Positions 25,301 through 43,054 of a stretch of 47,164 bases of DNA are shown here, in pieces; within the stretch, counting starts at the first letter, position 1; every line of letters starts with the position of its first letter. The DNA comes from a virus. Taxonomy: Duplodnaviria; Caudoviricetes. Both the position numbers and the translations under genes were made by a program. The notes under the pieces were generated by a model that saw only the letters and a program-made list of their open reading frames with translations, had not been told where the DNA came from and made no database searches. Where the stretch lies: positions 1 through 47,164 of IMG/VR virus record IMGVR_UViG_3300030433_001712. One strand, written 5' to 3'.

Positions 25301-26799
25301 AAAGTAATTTGCTCTGTTTCCAACTCCAGGGTAAATCCAATCGGGATTACGACATCGAAGCCTGTCTCCTGGGACTGTGATTGCTCTAGCCCTTGATCTC
25401 TACCCGTTCCCCAAAACAGTTCTCCATCTGAGGCGGTTCCTCCTATGCTGAAGTTGTCTGGTGTAATCGTAAACTCGTACTCCGCGACCGATCCGTCAGG
25501 AACAGGCGAACCGCTGTTTTCAAAATCGTCGGTGGCGTCAGCTGCAACTGGCTTGATTCTAACATTGCCTGTGGAGTCGTTGTCCTTGACCACCACGTTT
25601 GCAACGTCCGCATTGTCGATATATACGCTGTCGATCGATGCGTCTCTGTAGCCTACAGTCAAAGAGTGTGATTGACTGCCGCTAGGGACTGGGTGGTTTG
25701 GCCGCCCCTCCTTGTAGTTGGAGTACATGATTCTGTTCCCCACGAACGCCTGGCCTTCCGCCAAAAGAGGGACATTGTCATAGGTCTTTGACACGTCAGC
25801 GTCGGGCACAGCCCCATACACGCCCTCGTTGTAAAAGGTGTAAACCTTAGAGACCTTGTCAAACACCTTCATGTTAGACCCATAGACTCTTCTTTTGAGA
25901 TCTTCGTTCGGGTTGAACTCGTCGATAACAACCCAGGCACCATTGTTTTGATCTCTACCCAGCAGCCTAACAGCAATCACCTCAGGCCTGTACTCGTGGT
26001 CGTTAGACTCCGAAGATGAGTATGGAATCCTAATGTCCAATACATTGTCAGTCAGGTAGTCCTTACCCGTCAAATCAAGGTCGTCATCAAGACCAACGAG
26101 CCCGAGTGTTGAACTAACCGCAATCTCTGAGTAAGGTGAAACCGCAGACTCCTCGCCATCCTTGTAGATCAGTTGCGTGGCAAACTGAAACATGTGGCGC
26201 ATGAAGTTGTTGACCTTCAGGTCAGAATCAGATCTAAAAGAAAATGTCGGAGGCTTGATAAGCGGAGCCTTCAAAGCCCCTAAGGCGTGATCGAATGAGT
26301 TGTCCAGCTGGAAGTCGTACTCATTCGCTCTGCTGACGTTGATCTTCCGTGGAGGGTTCACATTGTCTGTAAAGTACAGGGCTGTCTGAAGGTTGTTGTC
26401 CTGCTGAAAGTTTCTGTTAACTACGCTGGCCTTGACGAACGAGTCCTTATCGAAGTTCAGCCAAGAGGACTGAATGATTTTTGAGTAAGCGTTAGTGGCG
26501 GCCTTATACCTGTAAATGCCGTGAAGGTTTGCGTCGGTCGTGCAGCACACAAAAAAGTAGAGCTCGTTGACTTGATCGTTTGAGACCGACCCAATAACCC
26601 TGAATGTCTCTCCGTCCTCAAAGCCTGATCCTGCTGAGGCTGTTGCTGCGATTGTACCCTTGGCATTCTTTACAATAAGCAACGAACCATCCCCTTCTTG
26701 GGAGATGGTAACGTTCTGAGCATCGATCATTGAGCCAGGCTCCGACAGTCTCTCGTCCCTGCTTGTCGCAAGGAACTTAGGTGTAAGCTTATCAATCAT
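22345..26799 (-). CDS. Tail muzzle/stabilization protein (P22 gp10-like, crAss-type)
   Basis: DERL...G..IDAQN, LYFTDNVNPPRKIN, GNRIMYSNY.EG, GIVYYDKYGR, YGV..HPES, GYDP; position after ring genes. Confidence 0.8.
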   Translation of the reverse strand: MIDKLTPKFLATSRDERLSEPGSMIDAQNVTISQEGDGSLLIVKNAKGTIAATASAGSGFEDGETFRVIGSVSNDQVNELYFFVCCTTDANLHGIYRYKAATNAYSKIIQSSWLNFDKDSFVKASVVNRNFQQDNNLQTALYFTDNVNPPRKINVSRANEYDFQLDNSFDHALGALKAPLIKPPTFSFRSDSDLKVNNFMRHMFQFATQLIYKDGEESAVSPYSEIAVSSTLGLVGLDDDLDLTGKDYLTDNVLDIRIPYSSSESNDHEYRPEVIAVRLLGRDQNNGAWVVIDEFNPNEDLKRRVYGSNMKVFDKVSKVYTFYNEGVYGAVPDADVSKTYDNVPLLAEGQAFVGNRIMYSNYKEGRPNHPVPSGSQSHSLTVGYRDASIDSVYIDNADVANVVVKDNDSTGNVRIKPVAADATDDFENSGSPVPDGSVAEYEFTITPDNFSIGGTASDGELFWGTGRDQGLEQSQSQETGFDVVIPIGFTLELETEQITFVPDSGNDGYNIAGNVVLPANSDVEDLVDAIVEEINQVGGTYVHTYKGKNDGEVNGVCQVEVLDINNQDPADLGYNIGQTFDATQCEFEVTWKWTASKSLDNAQVEIKPYPSKIRWTKFIVSGFHEETPFNTGSAPSYSWYSGNVPATGTSQSSWPTFDATDSPSTYLDDEYFQLESKGVVPTFKAGASHKLGIVYYDKYGRHGFVNDLGQFYVESFQERSGLDGYGAAELSIAWKYDMPDWADRWSLVYGGNTSFDNAVQYTVGSAFTPIHATDSSSPDYTNKRVYVSLATLDKFKDVKSPTFDYSFTKGDKLRVVSHMNSDNTSVVYPVPDGLSTGSSGRPIEFNIVDVVTLGNDDNPLTQDQTPDDIYKGTFLVLDAPDVNGDAVDSEGNTVKFVGFDWQSVSKYRYPSASPAVTYPNGDTPTSANRWHQNCLVEIVSPKTTDTGVFYEIGVTGVKTDRVGDYDHGKNIKISGVGYWMRTRSCATKDYDNDGDGWDIAGDNDYERLVFRNRLVETKDASDFFASASWSKGKPHVKFERAAEVRRYNGVTYSDAYEEDVAKLSLSSFNASLANFFSFDSKYGAARYIENYNENLLCLQENKLSLSPISKDTLRTASDLSLVSLSTNVIGASTYYSGDYGVEKHPESVLINDGDVFFADLSRRKVLKFNPQSGGIVAISDTGVASLFEDEFAALSDATGAKKIVSGYDPKTDVYYITMYAKDDSSYAGKTVGYDSSVRKWISTYTFIPEMYAKQNRLMYSCRYSSSNRNLFYRHEDNGAVTNRNQFYGDSTATSIVEVVSNDNPSVVKQYNSVSIEGNKAWDVQFVSESGQDTGTMRSADFVEKEDAFYYGLHRDTSSNSTSQYIGVGTVSSVDGQEITMSNSLRGISIPLGSKVSRIPSGSSTFTDLTQTVSATNHGDKTITISASGHNIAVGDRIFLNLAQAVNGDHIRGHYSKVKLTRTDNNAVELYAINAQYVNSRLNHG

Positions 26800-27611
26800 C
26801 CCTTAGGCGCTTGCTTGTAGTTCTTTCTGATCGTCTTCAATGCCTCCTCCTTCGTAAAGGACTTCATGCGAGCGTTAGCCTTTCTTCTTTCGTTGTAGTA
26901 CTCAGACCTAGCCCGCTGCTTTTCGTTGGCAGGAACAGCCGCCTTACGCTCAATGAGCCTGTAGTAGATGTATGCGTTCAGAGCCTCCTCTGCGTACACA
27001 TGGACTTGGGGGTTGGCAGACCTGGCCTCGTCAGCTACGTACTCCATGACGAGCTGAGAGAAGTTGCTGTTCGACTTGAGCTCCACTCGGTTCTGGTCCA
27101 TGTTGATCCTGAACTCTCCTTCGTAGTGGCCTCCTCCAATACCGTAGAGCCCTCCCTTCTGTCCGTCGTAGATGTAGTTTCTGAACAAGTAAGAGTTGAA
27201 TCCCTCGCTTACGCTGTCACCGTTGGCATTGCCTGATGTAGCAGTCTTGTCGTCTTCACGATCAAGCAAGCCATCACCGTCAGAGTCGTAGGTGTTGCCC
27301 CCAACCTTGGAGTACTTCTGAGAGATATTCAGGCTCTTGTTTTCCCCGAGGACATACACAACCCCGTCTGTGCCGACAACCCCCACCTTAGTCCAATCCA
27401 CGTAGTCGTCAGGAAGAACTGCTGTGTTGTTGGTGACGTCAAGCTTCAAGGATCGAATGACCTTGAGCATATCAAAGCCCATCTCCCTCAAACCTCTGAG
27501 GGCAAAGTTCCTAATGACAGCATCGCTAGCGTGAGCTGCATAATCGTTGCCGTCCATCCCAATGATGAAGTCGTTGATCACGTCGCTAAGTGGTGTGTAG
27601 TTTCTAGCCAT
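26796..27611 (-). CDS. Tail ring/neck protein
   Basis: LPDDYVDWTKVG, MEYVAD, AEEALNAYIYY; crAss-like synteny. Confidence 0.7.
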   Translation of the reverse strand: MARNYTPLSDVINDFIIGMDGNDYAAHASDAVIRNFALRGLREMGFDMLKVIRSLKLDVTNNTAVLPDDYVDWTKVGVVGTDGVVYVLGENKSLNISQKYSKVGGNTYDSDGDGLLDREDDKTATSGNANGDSVSEGFNSYLFRNYIYDGQKGGLYGIGGGHYEGEFRINMDQNRVELKSNSNFSQLVMEYVADEARSANPQVHVYAEEALNAYIYYRLIERKAAVPANEKQRARSEYYNERRKANARMKSFTKEEALKTIRKNYKQAPKG

Positions 27612-28360
27612 CAGAAGGATTGTTCAGTTTTTCTTTCAAGCTGTTCTTTTGTGGCGTATTGCTCAACTTGAGGATCTCTTAGGTTCACGCCAATCAGCTC
27701 TGCGATCTCCATGACGAGATCCATTGTGTAATGCTCTGGGAGCTCAAAGTCCTTACTGTTGCCAGAGTCGAACACATCGTCAACAGCTCCAGCCACAGTT
27801 CCGAACGTAGGAGGCGCAGAGTCAGCGACGCCAGCAGTGGTCGTGCTCTGAGGGATCTTGTAGTACCTCATGCGGATCTTCCTAATGGACTCAGGGAAGA
27901 CCTCGATGTCAGACGACACCAGTGCCACAGGGTAGCTCTGGCTTGGTGCATTCAACGTGCTGTTGAGGATGCGGTCAATCTTCTCTTCGTCGTAGCAGAT
28001 CTGGATAGGTGTGCGTGTGGTATTACCCATCAGAGACCCACCGTCCGTAGAGATGCTGATCAGACGAGCAAAGTCGTCAGGACGTGCGAACACACCGTTA
28101 GTCTTGGGCGGCTTGGATGTCTTTGCAAACACAGCCAAGTCTTCTTTGATCTGCTTAAACTTTGACAGGTCTCTACCCTGACCGAACCCTGCACGCTCCA
28201 ACCTGCTACCTTCCTTCATGGTATCGAAGAGTCGGTTGAAGATTCGAAGCTGTGCTAACTGTGCGAAGTTGTTGAACTCGCTGACAGTAACGAAGCCCTG
28301 CTGGTCTTTGTTGACCAAATCCTTGAGGGTTTCATATACTACTTTTACGCTTGCTGGCAT
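27611..28360 (-). CDS. Tail ring/adaptor protein (P22 gp4-like)
   Basis: NKDQQGFVT..EFN.FA..AQ, YYKIP, FELPE; start reassigned to ATG 28360. Confidence 0.7.
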   Translation of the reverse strand: MPASVKVVYETLKDLVNKDQQGFVTVSEFNNFAQLAQLRIFNRLFDTMKEGSRLERAGFGQGRDLSKFKQIKEDLAVFAKTSKPPKTNGVFARPDDFARLISISTDGGSLMGNTTRTPIQICYDEEKIDRILNSTLNAPSQSYPVALVSSDIEVFPESIRKIRMRYYKIPQSTTTAGVADSAPPTFGTVAGAVDDVFDSGNSKDFELPEHYTMDLVMEIAELIGVNLRDPQVEQYATKEQLERKTEQSF

Positions 28361-28364
28361 GATA

Positions 28365-28372
28365 CAAATATA
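28365..28372 (-). promoter_or_regulatory. TATATTTG -7 element, 4 nt before the ring protein ATG
   Basis: Minus strand TATATTTG-TATC-ATG. Confidence 0.75.
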
Positions 28373-28373
28373 C

Positions 28374-28402
28374 AAAAAGAAAAAGCCGCCCTATTGGACG
28401 GC
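28374..28402 (-). terminator. Intrinsic terminator ending the capsid operon
   Basis: gccgtcc-aata-gggcggc followed by tttttcttttt. Confidence 0.8.
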
Positions 28403-28426
28403 CCTTTCGGTGTATATGGTCTGTGC

Positions 28427-29248
28427 TTAGAGCTGCCTATCAAGCTCTTCGACAGTAGGTGCTCCAGCCTCTGTGAGCAGGAACCGCAAGAACACGTCGA
28501 TAGGGTTCTTGCCTGCAGGAACGCTAACAATAAGGGTGCCTGAATCCTTCCAGCGCACGCCTGACTTCGTTGCGTCAATAACCCCGTACTTAATAGCCAT
28601 GCGGATCTTCGCCTTCATGGTCACTTCAGGGTTGTCAAACATCTTGATGAACTGAGCAGGGTTCTTCTTGGCAAACATGAGCAAGTCGTGCTTGATCTCT
28701 GCTGCCTGTCGATCAACGTTGAATCCGATAGATGCTGCCACAGACAAGAGGTCCTCGAAAGGCTTCTCCTTGACAAGAATGATGGCGTCTGCCATGACGA
28801 ACTCCTTGTCTACATCCACATTCGCCTTCTTCTCTTTGTCTACCATGTAGAACATAGAGCCCCCATTGGCCTTATTGCCTGGGTGGGCGTCAAGATAGTT
28901 TCTGAGGTTTGGTTCGTCAGGACGGACAAAGAGTCTTCCATCTCTAAAGATGATAGACTTGCGCACGGCGCGATCAGATTGCTCATCCACAAAAATGCTT
29001 TGCTCTGTGGGGCAGAATCTAATCTCTCTTACAACGTCTTGATCCTTGTCGTAGATCGTGATGTTTCTCTGGTGAAGCATTGACACTGCACCACCCTTAT
29101 TGATCCGATACTCTCGGATAACGTTGTCTTGGCGAATGTTTTGCTTTACAGAAAACTTCTTCTTAGGCTGTTGAGTTGGTTGCGTTTTTTCAGCAACAGG
29201 TTCAGCAGCGATTTTGCGAGGTCGTCCTCGCTTAGCTTGAGTAGCCAT
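28427..29248 (-). CDS. Conserved crAss-like protein downstream of MCP
   Basis: REIRFC...SIFVDEQ...IIFRDG.L.V...L..HP.N; position. Confidence 0.65.
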   Translation of the reverse strand: MATQAKRGRPRKIAAEPVAEKTQPTQQPKKKFSVKQNIRQDNVIREYRINKGGAVSMLHQRNITIYDKDQDVVREIRFCPTEQSIFVDEQSDRAVRKSIIFRDGRLFVRPDEPNLRNYLDAHPGNKANGGSMFYMVDKEKKANVDVDKEFVMADAIILVKEKPFEDLLSVAASIGFNVDRQAAEIKHDLLMFAKKNPAQFIKMFDNPEVTMKAKIRMAIKYGVIDATKSGVRWKDSGTLIVSVPAGKNPIDVFLRFLLTEAGAPTVEELDRQL

Positions 29249-29269
29249 ATCTATCTATTTAATTGAATA

Positions 29270-29310
29270 AAACGAAAGAAGTAAAGGGGAGGAGGACCAT
29301 TCCCCCTCCC
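29270..29310 (-). terminator. Hairpin/weak terminator after MCP
   Basis: gggaggggga-atgg-tcctcctccc followed by an interrupted U-rich tail. Confidence 0.6.
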
Positions 29311-29325
29311 GATTACCGTAACGGA

Positions 29326-30747
29326 TTACTTGAGGATCACGTGCTGGTTAGCAGCGCGAGTAATCAAGTTGCATTCTGAGCGGTAGTGGAACTTAGCAAC
29401 GTCCTGATCGTTGGTCTTGAAACCAAGGACGCCACCGCCTTCTACCCAGTGCTCAAGCTCACGGCTGTAACCGTTAGCTTCCTTGTAGTTCATTTCCAAA
29501 GCTGGAGACTTGACACCAGTCTTAGCGTCAGCAACTTTAGACATTGGAACCATAGCACCCTTGAATGGCTTGTCGGAGAACGCACCCAACAAAGTAGGAT
29601 CGTTCAGCAACTTCCAATCGTGCTTGTGGAAGGTGTAGCCACCGCGAGTAAAGCTCTTGAAGCCCAACTGAACAGCCATGTCTGGGCTGTTGTTGAACGC
29701 ACCAAACTGACCAGCCAAACCAGCAGTGTTGTTGGTGCCAATACCGAGAGCCAACATATCGTCGATATCGAGAGACGTCTTGTTGTCGACGTACATGGCG
29801 TACTCAGCAGGAGCGCCTTGCTTGTCGAGCTCGAAGATGATGTCGTCGATGTCTTCGAAGTCGGTACCAGAACCGAATGATCCAGTAGCAGTGATACCTC
29901 TCTTCTCCACGGCCTGGAAGTAACCTTCAGATCCAGTGACCTTCTCGCTGTTTCCGATGGTGATGTTACCAGAGTCAACCTTCTGAGAGAAGAGCATCAT
30001 CATCTCACGCTGGTTCATGAAGCGCTTACGGGTATCCATCTCGCCCTTCACGTACCATCTGTAATCACCGTTGCCGACGTTAATCCAGCCAATGTTGGTG
30101 GCTTGAGAACCGTTGACGTGGTAGGTCTCCTTAGTGATCAAGAATGGGTTGGTGCGCTTGGTGACATCAGTCTGGTAGAACTGAGTTGGCTGGTTAGAGC
30201 CTTGTCCGTAGATGTTACCAATAACGATGAACGTGACGAAGTTGTCAGTGTTCGCGCCGTCAGTACCGAGGTCGGTGCTGTCCTCAGTGTAATCGCTGTC
30301 ACCGTCCAACTTGACGACAGTCAAGGTTGCACGAACAGTAGATGAAGTACCGTCGGTGTCGTTGTCCTGAGACTTAACAACCAAGCGGTCTCCATCAGAG
30401 GTCATGATGACATCGTTGACACGAGCGGCCACAATCTCAGCATCGCCGTCAGTCTGATCGCCTTCGACGTAGATCTTGTCTGCAGACTTGTCAAAGAATC
30501 CTTTGAAGGTCTTGTGAAGACGACCCTCTTCCCAGTACTGAACTTCGTCAGCAACGCCTGCGCTACGAGTAGCACCAGTGAGTTCGAGGAAACCAGTGAT
30601 ACCCTGATCACCGTATGTTTGAATCAACAAGTCCCTGTTGTCGGGCTTATTGTACTTGAGCAACTCCCCCAGAGAGATGTACTTGTCTGGGTTAGTCTTG
30701 AGCAGAGAGTTCACATCAGTGTGATTCTGCGTTGGAACTACAGCCAT
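29326..30747 (-). CDS. Major capsid protein (crAss-like HK97 fold)
   Basis: YGDQGITGFL, WEEGRLH, REMMMLF, GSEG.F..V..RG, LGFKSF.RGGYTFHK, HYRSE; follows an acidic scaffold gene. Confidence 0.85.
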   Translation of the reverse strand: MAVVPTQNHTDVNSLLKTNPDKYISLGELLKYNKPDNRDLLIQTYGDQGITGFLELTGATRSAGVADEVQYWEEGRLHKTFKGFFDKSADKIYVEGDQTDGDAEIVAARVNDVIMTSDGDRLVVKSQDNDTDGTSSTVRATLTVVKLDGDSDYTEDSTDLGTDGANTDNFVTFIVIGNIYGQGSNQPTQFYQTDVTKRTNPFLITKETYHVNGSQATNIGWINVGNGDYRWYVKGEMDTRKRFMNQREMMMLFSQKVDSGNITIGNSEKVTGSEGYFQAVEKRGITATGSFGSGTDFEDIDDIIFELDKQGAPAEYAMYVDNKTSLDIDDMLALGIGTNNTAGLAGQFGAFNNSPDMAVQLGFKSFTRGGYTFHKHDWKLLNDPTLLGAFSDKPFKGAMVPMSKVADAKTGVKSPALEMNYKEANGYSRELEHWVEGGGVLGFKTNDQDVAKFHYRSECNLITRAANQHVILK

Positions 30748-30760
30748 AATTATTTACTGT

Positions 30761-31843
30761 TTAGATGTTAAAAGACAATCTTGAAGCACCCCCTAATGCT
30801 TCACGAAGCTGTGATGAGAGGGCGTCTTCGGTTGGTTGTACGTTCCCTTGATTCGGAGACTGAGCGTTCACGTTTGCAGCTTGATCCACAAGGCCTCGCT
30901 GTCCGTCGGACATACCCTGCTTGTACACTGAAGCCACAATGGATTCAATGTTGTCAAGCACAGCCATGTGCATGTTAAACTTGTCGTGGTCCCACTCTCC
31001 ATCCTGTCGTACATAAGGATCAAAGAAGTCTTCAAGGCGACTATTCCTCTCCGCCAGCTGACCTTTGTAGGCGTCCTCAAGGCCAAAATTGAACACCTGT
31101 CCATTGCCGAGATCAAACTCAACAGCTTCAAGGTCATCCAGTTCATCGACCATATCGTTCACCCACTCTTCAGTGACGAAAGATTCTGGCTCTTGACTTT
31201 CGCTAAACTGCGGAGCTGCGTAACCGTCTCTCAATTCTGAGATAGATCTACGCGCAGCTTCAGCGTCCATCTTGAGTTGCAACTGCGAGAGCTTAATCTC
31301 CTCCTCTGTGTGCAGATTCGAATCCAACTTGTACTTGGAAGAAACCAAGGTTTGAATCTCTTCTTGAGAAAGGTTGGGGTACTGGGAGTTCATGTCTACG
31401 GTAATCGCCGTCATGTCGTCCATTTCGGAAGCATTAAGCGACTGATAGACGAACCAATCCTGTGGGTTCCGCCCTGTCTCAGAAACAAACCTTGCGATGG
31501 CTTCTACGCGCTCATCAAGTTGTGCCTCTTGTTGCGTGTTGAGTTGATCGAAATTGTCAATCGACATCCCCAGCCTTTCGCTTAGGTATTCGAGGACAGA
31601 GGCTTCGAGCTCCTCATCACTAATTTCTTCTTCATAAGCTTCAGGCTCATATTCTTCCTGAGGCTGTTCTGGTGCTTGCTCCTGTACTTCTTCTACAGGT
31701 GCAGGCTCTTCTACCTCTTGCGGTTCTGGCTGCTCTTCAGGCTGAGATTCAGCTTGCTGAGATGCCACCACTTCAGAGGGGTCAGCAAAGCTCCAGTTTG
31801 AGAGGTCTTCGCCTTGGGGTTGATTCAATTCAGTATTTTCCAT
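30761..31843 (-). CDS. Putative capsid scaffolding protein
   Basis: Highly acidic, E/P/Q-rich N-terminus, YKQG..D motif; directly upstream of MCP. Confidence 0.7.
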   Translation of the reverse strand: MENTELNQPQGEDLSNWSFADPSEVVASQQAESQPEEQPEPQEVEEPAPVEEVQEQAPEQPQEEYEPEAYEEEISDEELEASVLEYLSERLGMSIDNFDQLNTQQEAQLDERVEAIARFVSETGRNPQDWFVYQSLNASEMDDMTAITVDMNSQYPNLSQEEIQTLVSSKYKLDSNLHTEEEIKLSQLQLKMDAEAARRSISELRDGYAAPQFSESQEPESFVTEEWVNDMVDELDDLEAVEFDLGNGQVFNFGLEDAYKGQLAERNSRLEDFFDPYVRQDGEWDHDKFNMHMAVLDNIESIVASVYKQGMSDGQRGLVDQAANVNAQSPNQGNVQPTEDALSSQLREALGGASRLSFNI

Positions 31844-31849
31844 AATAAA

Positions 31850-32125
31850 TTATTTGTCGTAGTATGCAAGCACCTCCTGGTCGGTTCCAGAACCTCCAAG
31901 ATTGATTGCGGTAAATCGACCAAAGATGGTAGCTCCCTGAGGAATGGTAGATGGATAAGCGTACTTGTCGCTCTCCACTGCTGTACCTGCCTCAAGGTCA
32001 ACACCAGCTGTGATCGCCGTGATGGCAGCAAAGACTCGACCGCTTCCAGCCGTGACAGTTCCGTCACTACTAACGATCTTTTCTGCTCCGTATTGGCCCA
32101 TGGCCACTTGATGTGGATTATTCAT
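31850..32125 (-). CDS. Small beta-rich putative virion protein
   Basis: MGQYG...F.AIT...IPQGATIFGRFT.I.L...VLAY; first gene of the capsid operon. Confidence 0.65.
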   Translation of the reverse strand: MNNPHQVAMGQYGAEKIVSSDGTVTAGSGRVFAAITAITAGVDLEAGTAVESDKYAYPSTIPQGATIFGRFTAINLGGSGTDQEVLAYYDK

Positions 32126-32129
32126 ATTG

Positions 32130-32137
32130 CAAATATA
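32130..32137 (-). promoter_or_regulatory. TATATTTG -7 element, 4 nt before the ATG opening the capsid operon
   Basis: Minus strand TATATTTG-CAAT-ATG. Confidence 0.75.
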
Positions 32138-32149
32138 AGAAAGTCAATG

Positions 32150-33999
32150 TTATGGGTTGGAGCTCAGAACTTGGCTAGTAGAAGGCATAGTGTTTGACGT
32201 ATCATAATCAATGATAGTTGACACGTAAACGTACTTACTCCCTCCGAACAAGCTCGTGGAGCACTGAATAGATATGGCCAACAGGTCTCCAGCCTCGAAA
32301 TGCTGAGCGTCGTCAAATACAAAGTGAATACTTCTGTGATCGTCTGTAGTGGCTACAGCCACCGTCTCTGTTTCTTCTGTGGTCCACAACCCAGAGTTAA
32401 ACAGCCCTGTGTTGCCTGTATTGATTGTGTGGACACCTACGGTCATGTTGCCTGACGTGCCAGTAATTGCTGGTATTCTGATAGAAACAGACCTTACCTT
32501 GCCATCAAAAGGCATGAACATAGCAGCCTCCTCTTGATAGATCGTAGTCTGTTCGTTGATGTCCTTAAACGGCAAGTAGTGCTTCGTGGTGCCGATGTTG
32601 TCCAAAAAGCTTTGAGAGTACACCTGAGTTAGCGTTGTGCTACCACCAGCATCCTCAAATCGCAATCCCCCACTTCCGTCTGTTGTTAACACTTGCCCAT
32701 CTGTTCCGTCTGCAGAAGGAAGAGTAAAGGTCGTGTTTGTCGTAATGCTATCAGCCGCTTTGATCTCCGTGTAGTTAGATCCATTAGTCGGAATCTCAAG
32801 CATTCTGATTTTACCCGCAGCTGTCTTTGCCTTTACTATCGTCAGTGCATTTAGATCAAGGGCATCTGTAGCGTCTGTGTACGAGAATTTAGCGACGGCA
32901 CCGTCTTTGATCTCAAAGTTGTTGCCGTTGGTGTCGATCACTCTGTTGCCAGAGAGCGTGACATCCGTGTCATCAAGAGTCGTATCTGTGTCTGTGGTCT
33001 GGTCAACGAACGAAAGGTTACCGCTGCCGTCCGTCTTGATCACCTGGCCTGAGTTACCGTCTTCAGAGGGCAGTCTGAACTCCACATCTTCAGAAAGGTT
33101 TCCGCTCGGCGCCTTTAGGATAACCCCAGACGTACCTCCTTGTGAAGCCTCTCTGAGCTTGATCTCACCGCCAGTGCTTTCGTCGAATCTAACAGGAGCA
33201 CCAAAGATCCACTCGTCAGCACTGTCGTCATACTGCAGCTTGCTAACCAGGCCATCCTTGAAGTTCAGGTCGTTGCCATTCATGTTGACAGACCTCGTGC
33301 CAGACAATGTCATGTCTGTATTCCCGATGTTTGTGTTCGTGTCTGTCGGGATCGTGGGCAGGTTGCTAAGGTCATTGTAGTCACCGCTGGTGGCGACAGT
33401 AGCAAGGGATGGCTTGCTGGTTAGGTCGTCGTAGTCACCGCTAAATCCATCAATAGTGATGGTAGTACCGTTAGTTCTTGTTGTGGTAATTCCAGTACCT
33501 CCAGCAAGCTTTACACTTGTGTGCTGCGTTAGACTGTTTTGGAGTGTTTCCGTGAGTCTAATCTGAACAGGGTTTTGACCAGCTGGAGTCGTTAGTGTGG
33601 TGTTGATCACCTCAGTGTCGGGGATGTTCGTGACCTTGAACTTTCCGCTGTCCATGACCAAGTACAGCTTCTTTCCCGCTGTCTTGTCGAGGCTGGCATC
33701 CTCAATTACATCTCCAATGTTGGCGATGCTAGTGCCTGGATTGAGGAAGTCGCTGTTAAGGTTGCTTACAGTCAGATCCCTAGTGGATCCAATCTGAGTT
33801 CCGTCACCATCTACAATCCTGGTGTAATCTGCAATGTCGATAAGAACCTTGCTGTCTTCCGATCTAGTCACCTTGACCGAGTCTGTGCCTTGTGTTCCGT
33901 TAGAAGCAACGAAGTCTCCGTCAGCATCGCCAACGAAAGTGGTGTACGGCAAAACAATAGTTACACTGTTCTGCTTTGTTATGAATTTAATGTCACTCA

Positions 34000-34000
<1 letters not shown>
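32150..34000 (-). CDS. Tail fibre protein with internal duplication
   Basis: SGDY.DL...P repeats; two ~120-aa units each ending LPS.DG..GQV..TDGSG.L.F. Confidence 0.8.
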
Positions 34001-42673
<8,673 letters not shown>

Positions 42674-42693
<20 letters not shown>

Positions 42694-43054
42694 CCTCTCT
42701 TACCTCAAATGTTCCTGTCAAGTAAGTAGTGATAGTGCCTGTAGCACCAGCAGAAGCGTACTGAACGTCATAGACATAGAGGCCAGCATCGATTTCATCC
42801 ATGTTGTCCCCACTATTTGAGATGGTCATCTTTTGAGAAGACTCGTCGACAGCGATACTCATTGCATTCACTGAAGGAAGAGCCAGAGCAGAGGCATCAT
42901 CAGTCTCTCTGATATCCATAGAGTAAAGAGCCTCTTGAATGCTGGCCCCAGCGAGACCTGCGTTTGAGTCAAACTGCACTACGAGTTCGAAGCTGTCCCC
43001 TTTTCTGCAGATGATGTCAAGTCTTGCAGCCGTATCTAAGTTTACTGTAGGCAT
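42674..43054 (-). CDS. BppU-like Ig-fold fibre adaptor
   Basis: LDI..RKGDSF.L...AGLYVYDVQ...TYL.GTFEV.EDVT; upstream of the fibre. Confidence 0.65.

Noticed and set aside
28361-28375. Track start MYICI for the ring protein
   Set aside because: That sequence is the promoter and terminator tail; ATG 28360 fits the shared 4-nt geometry
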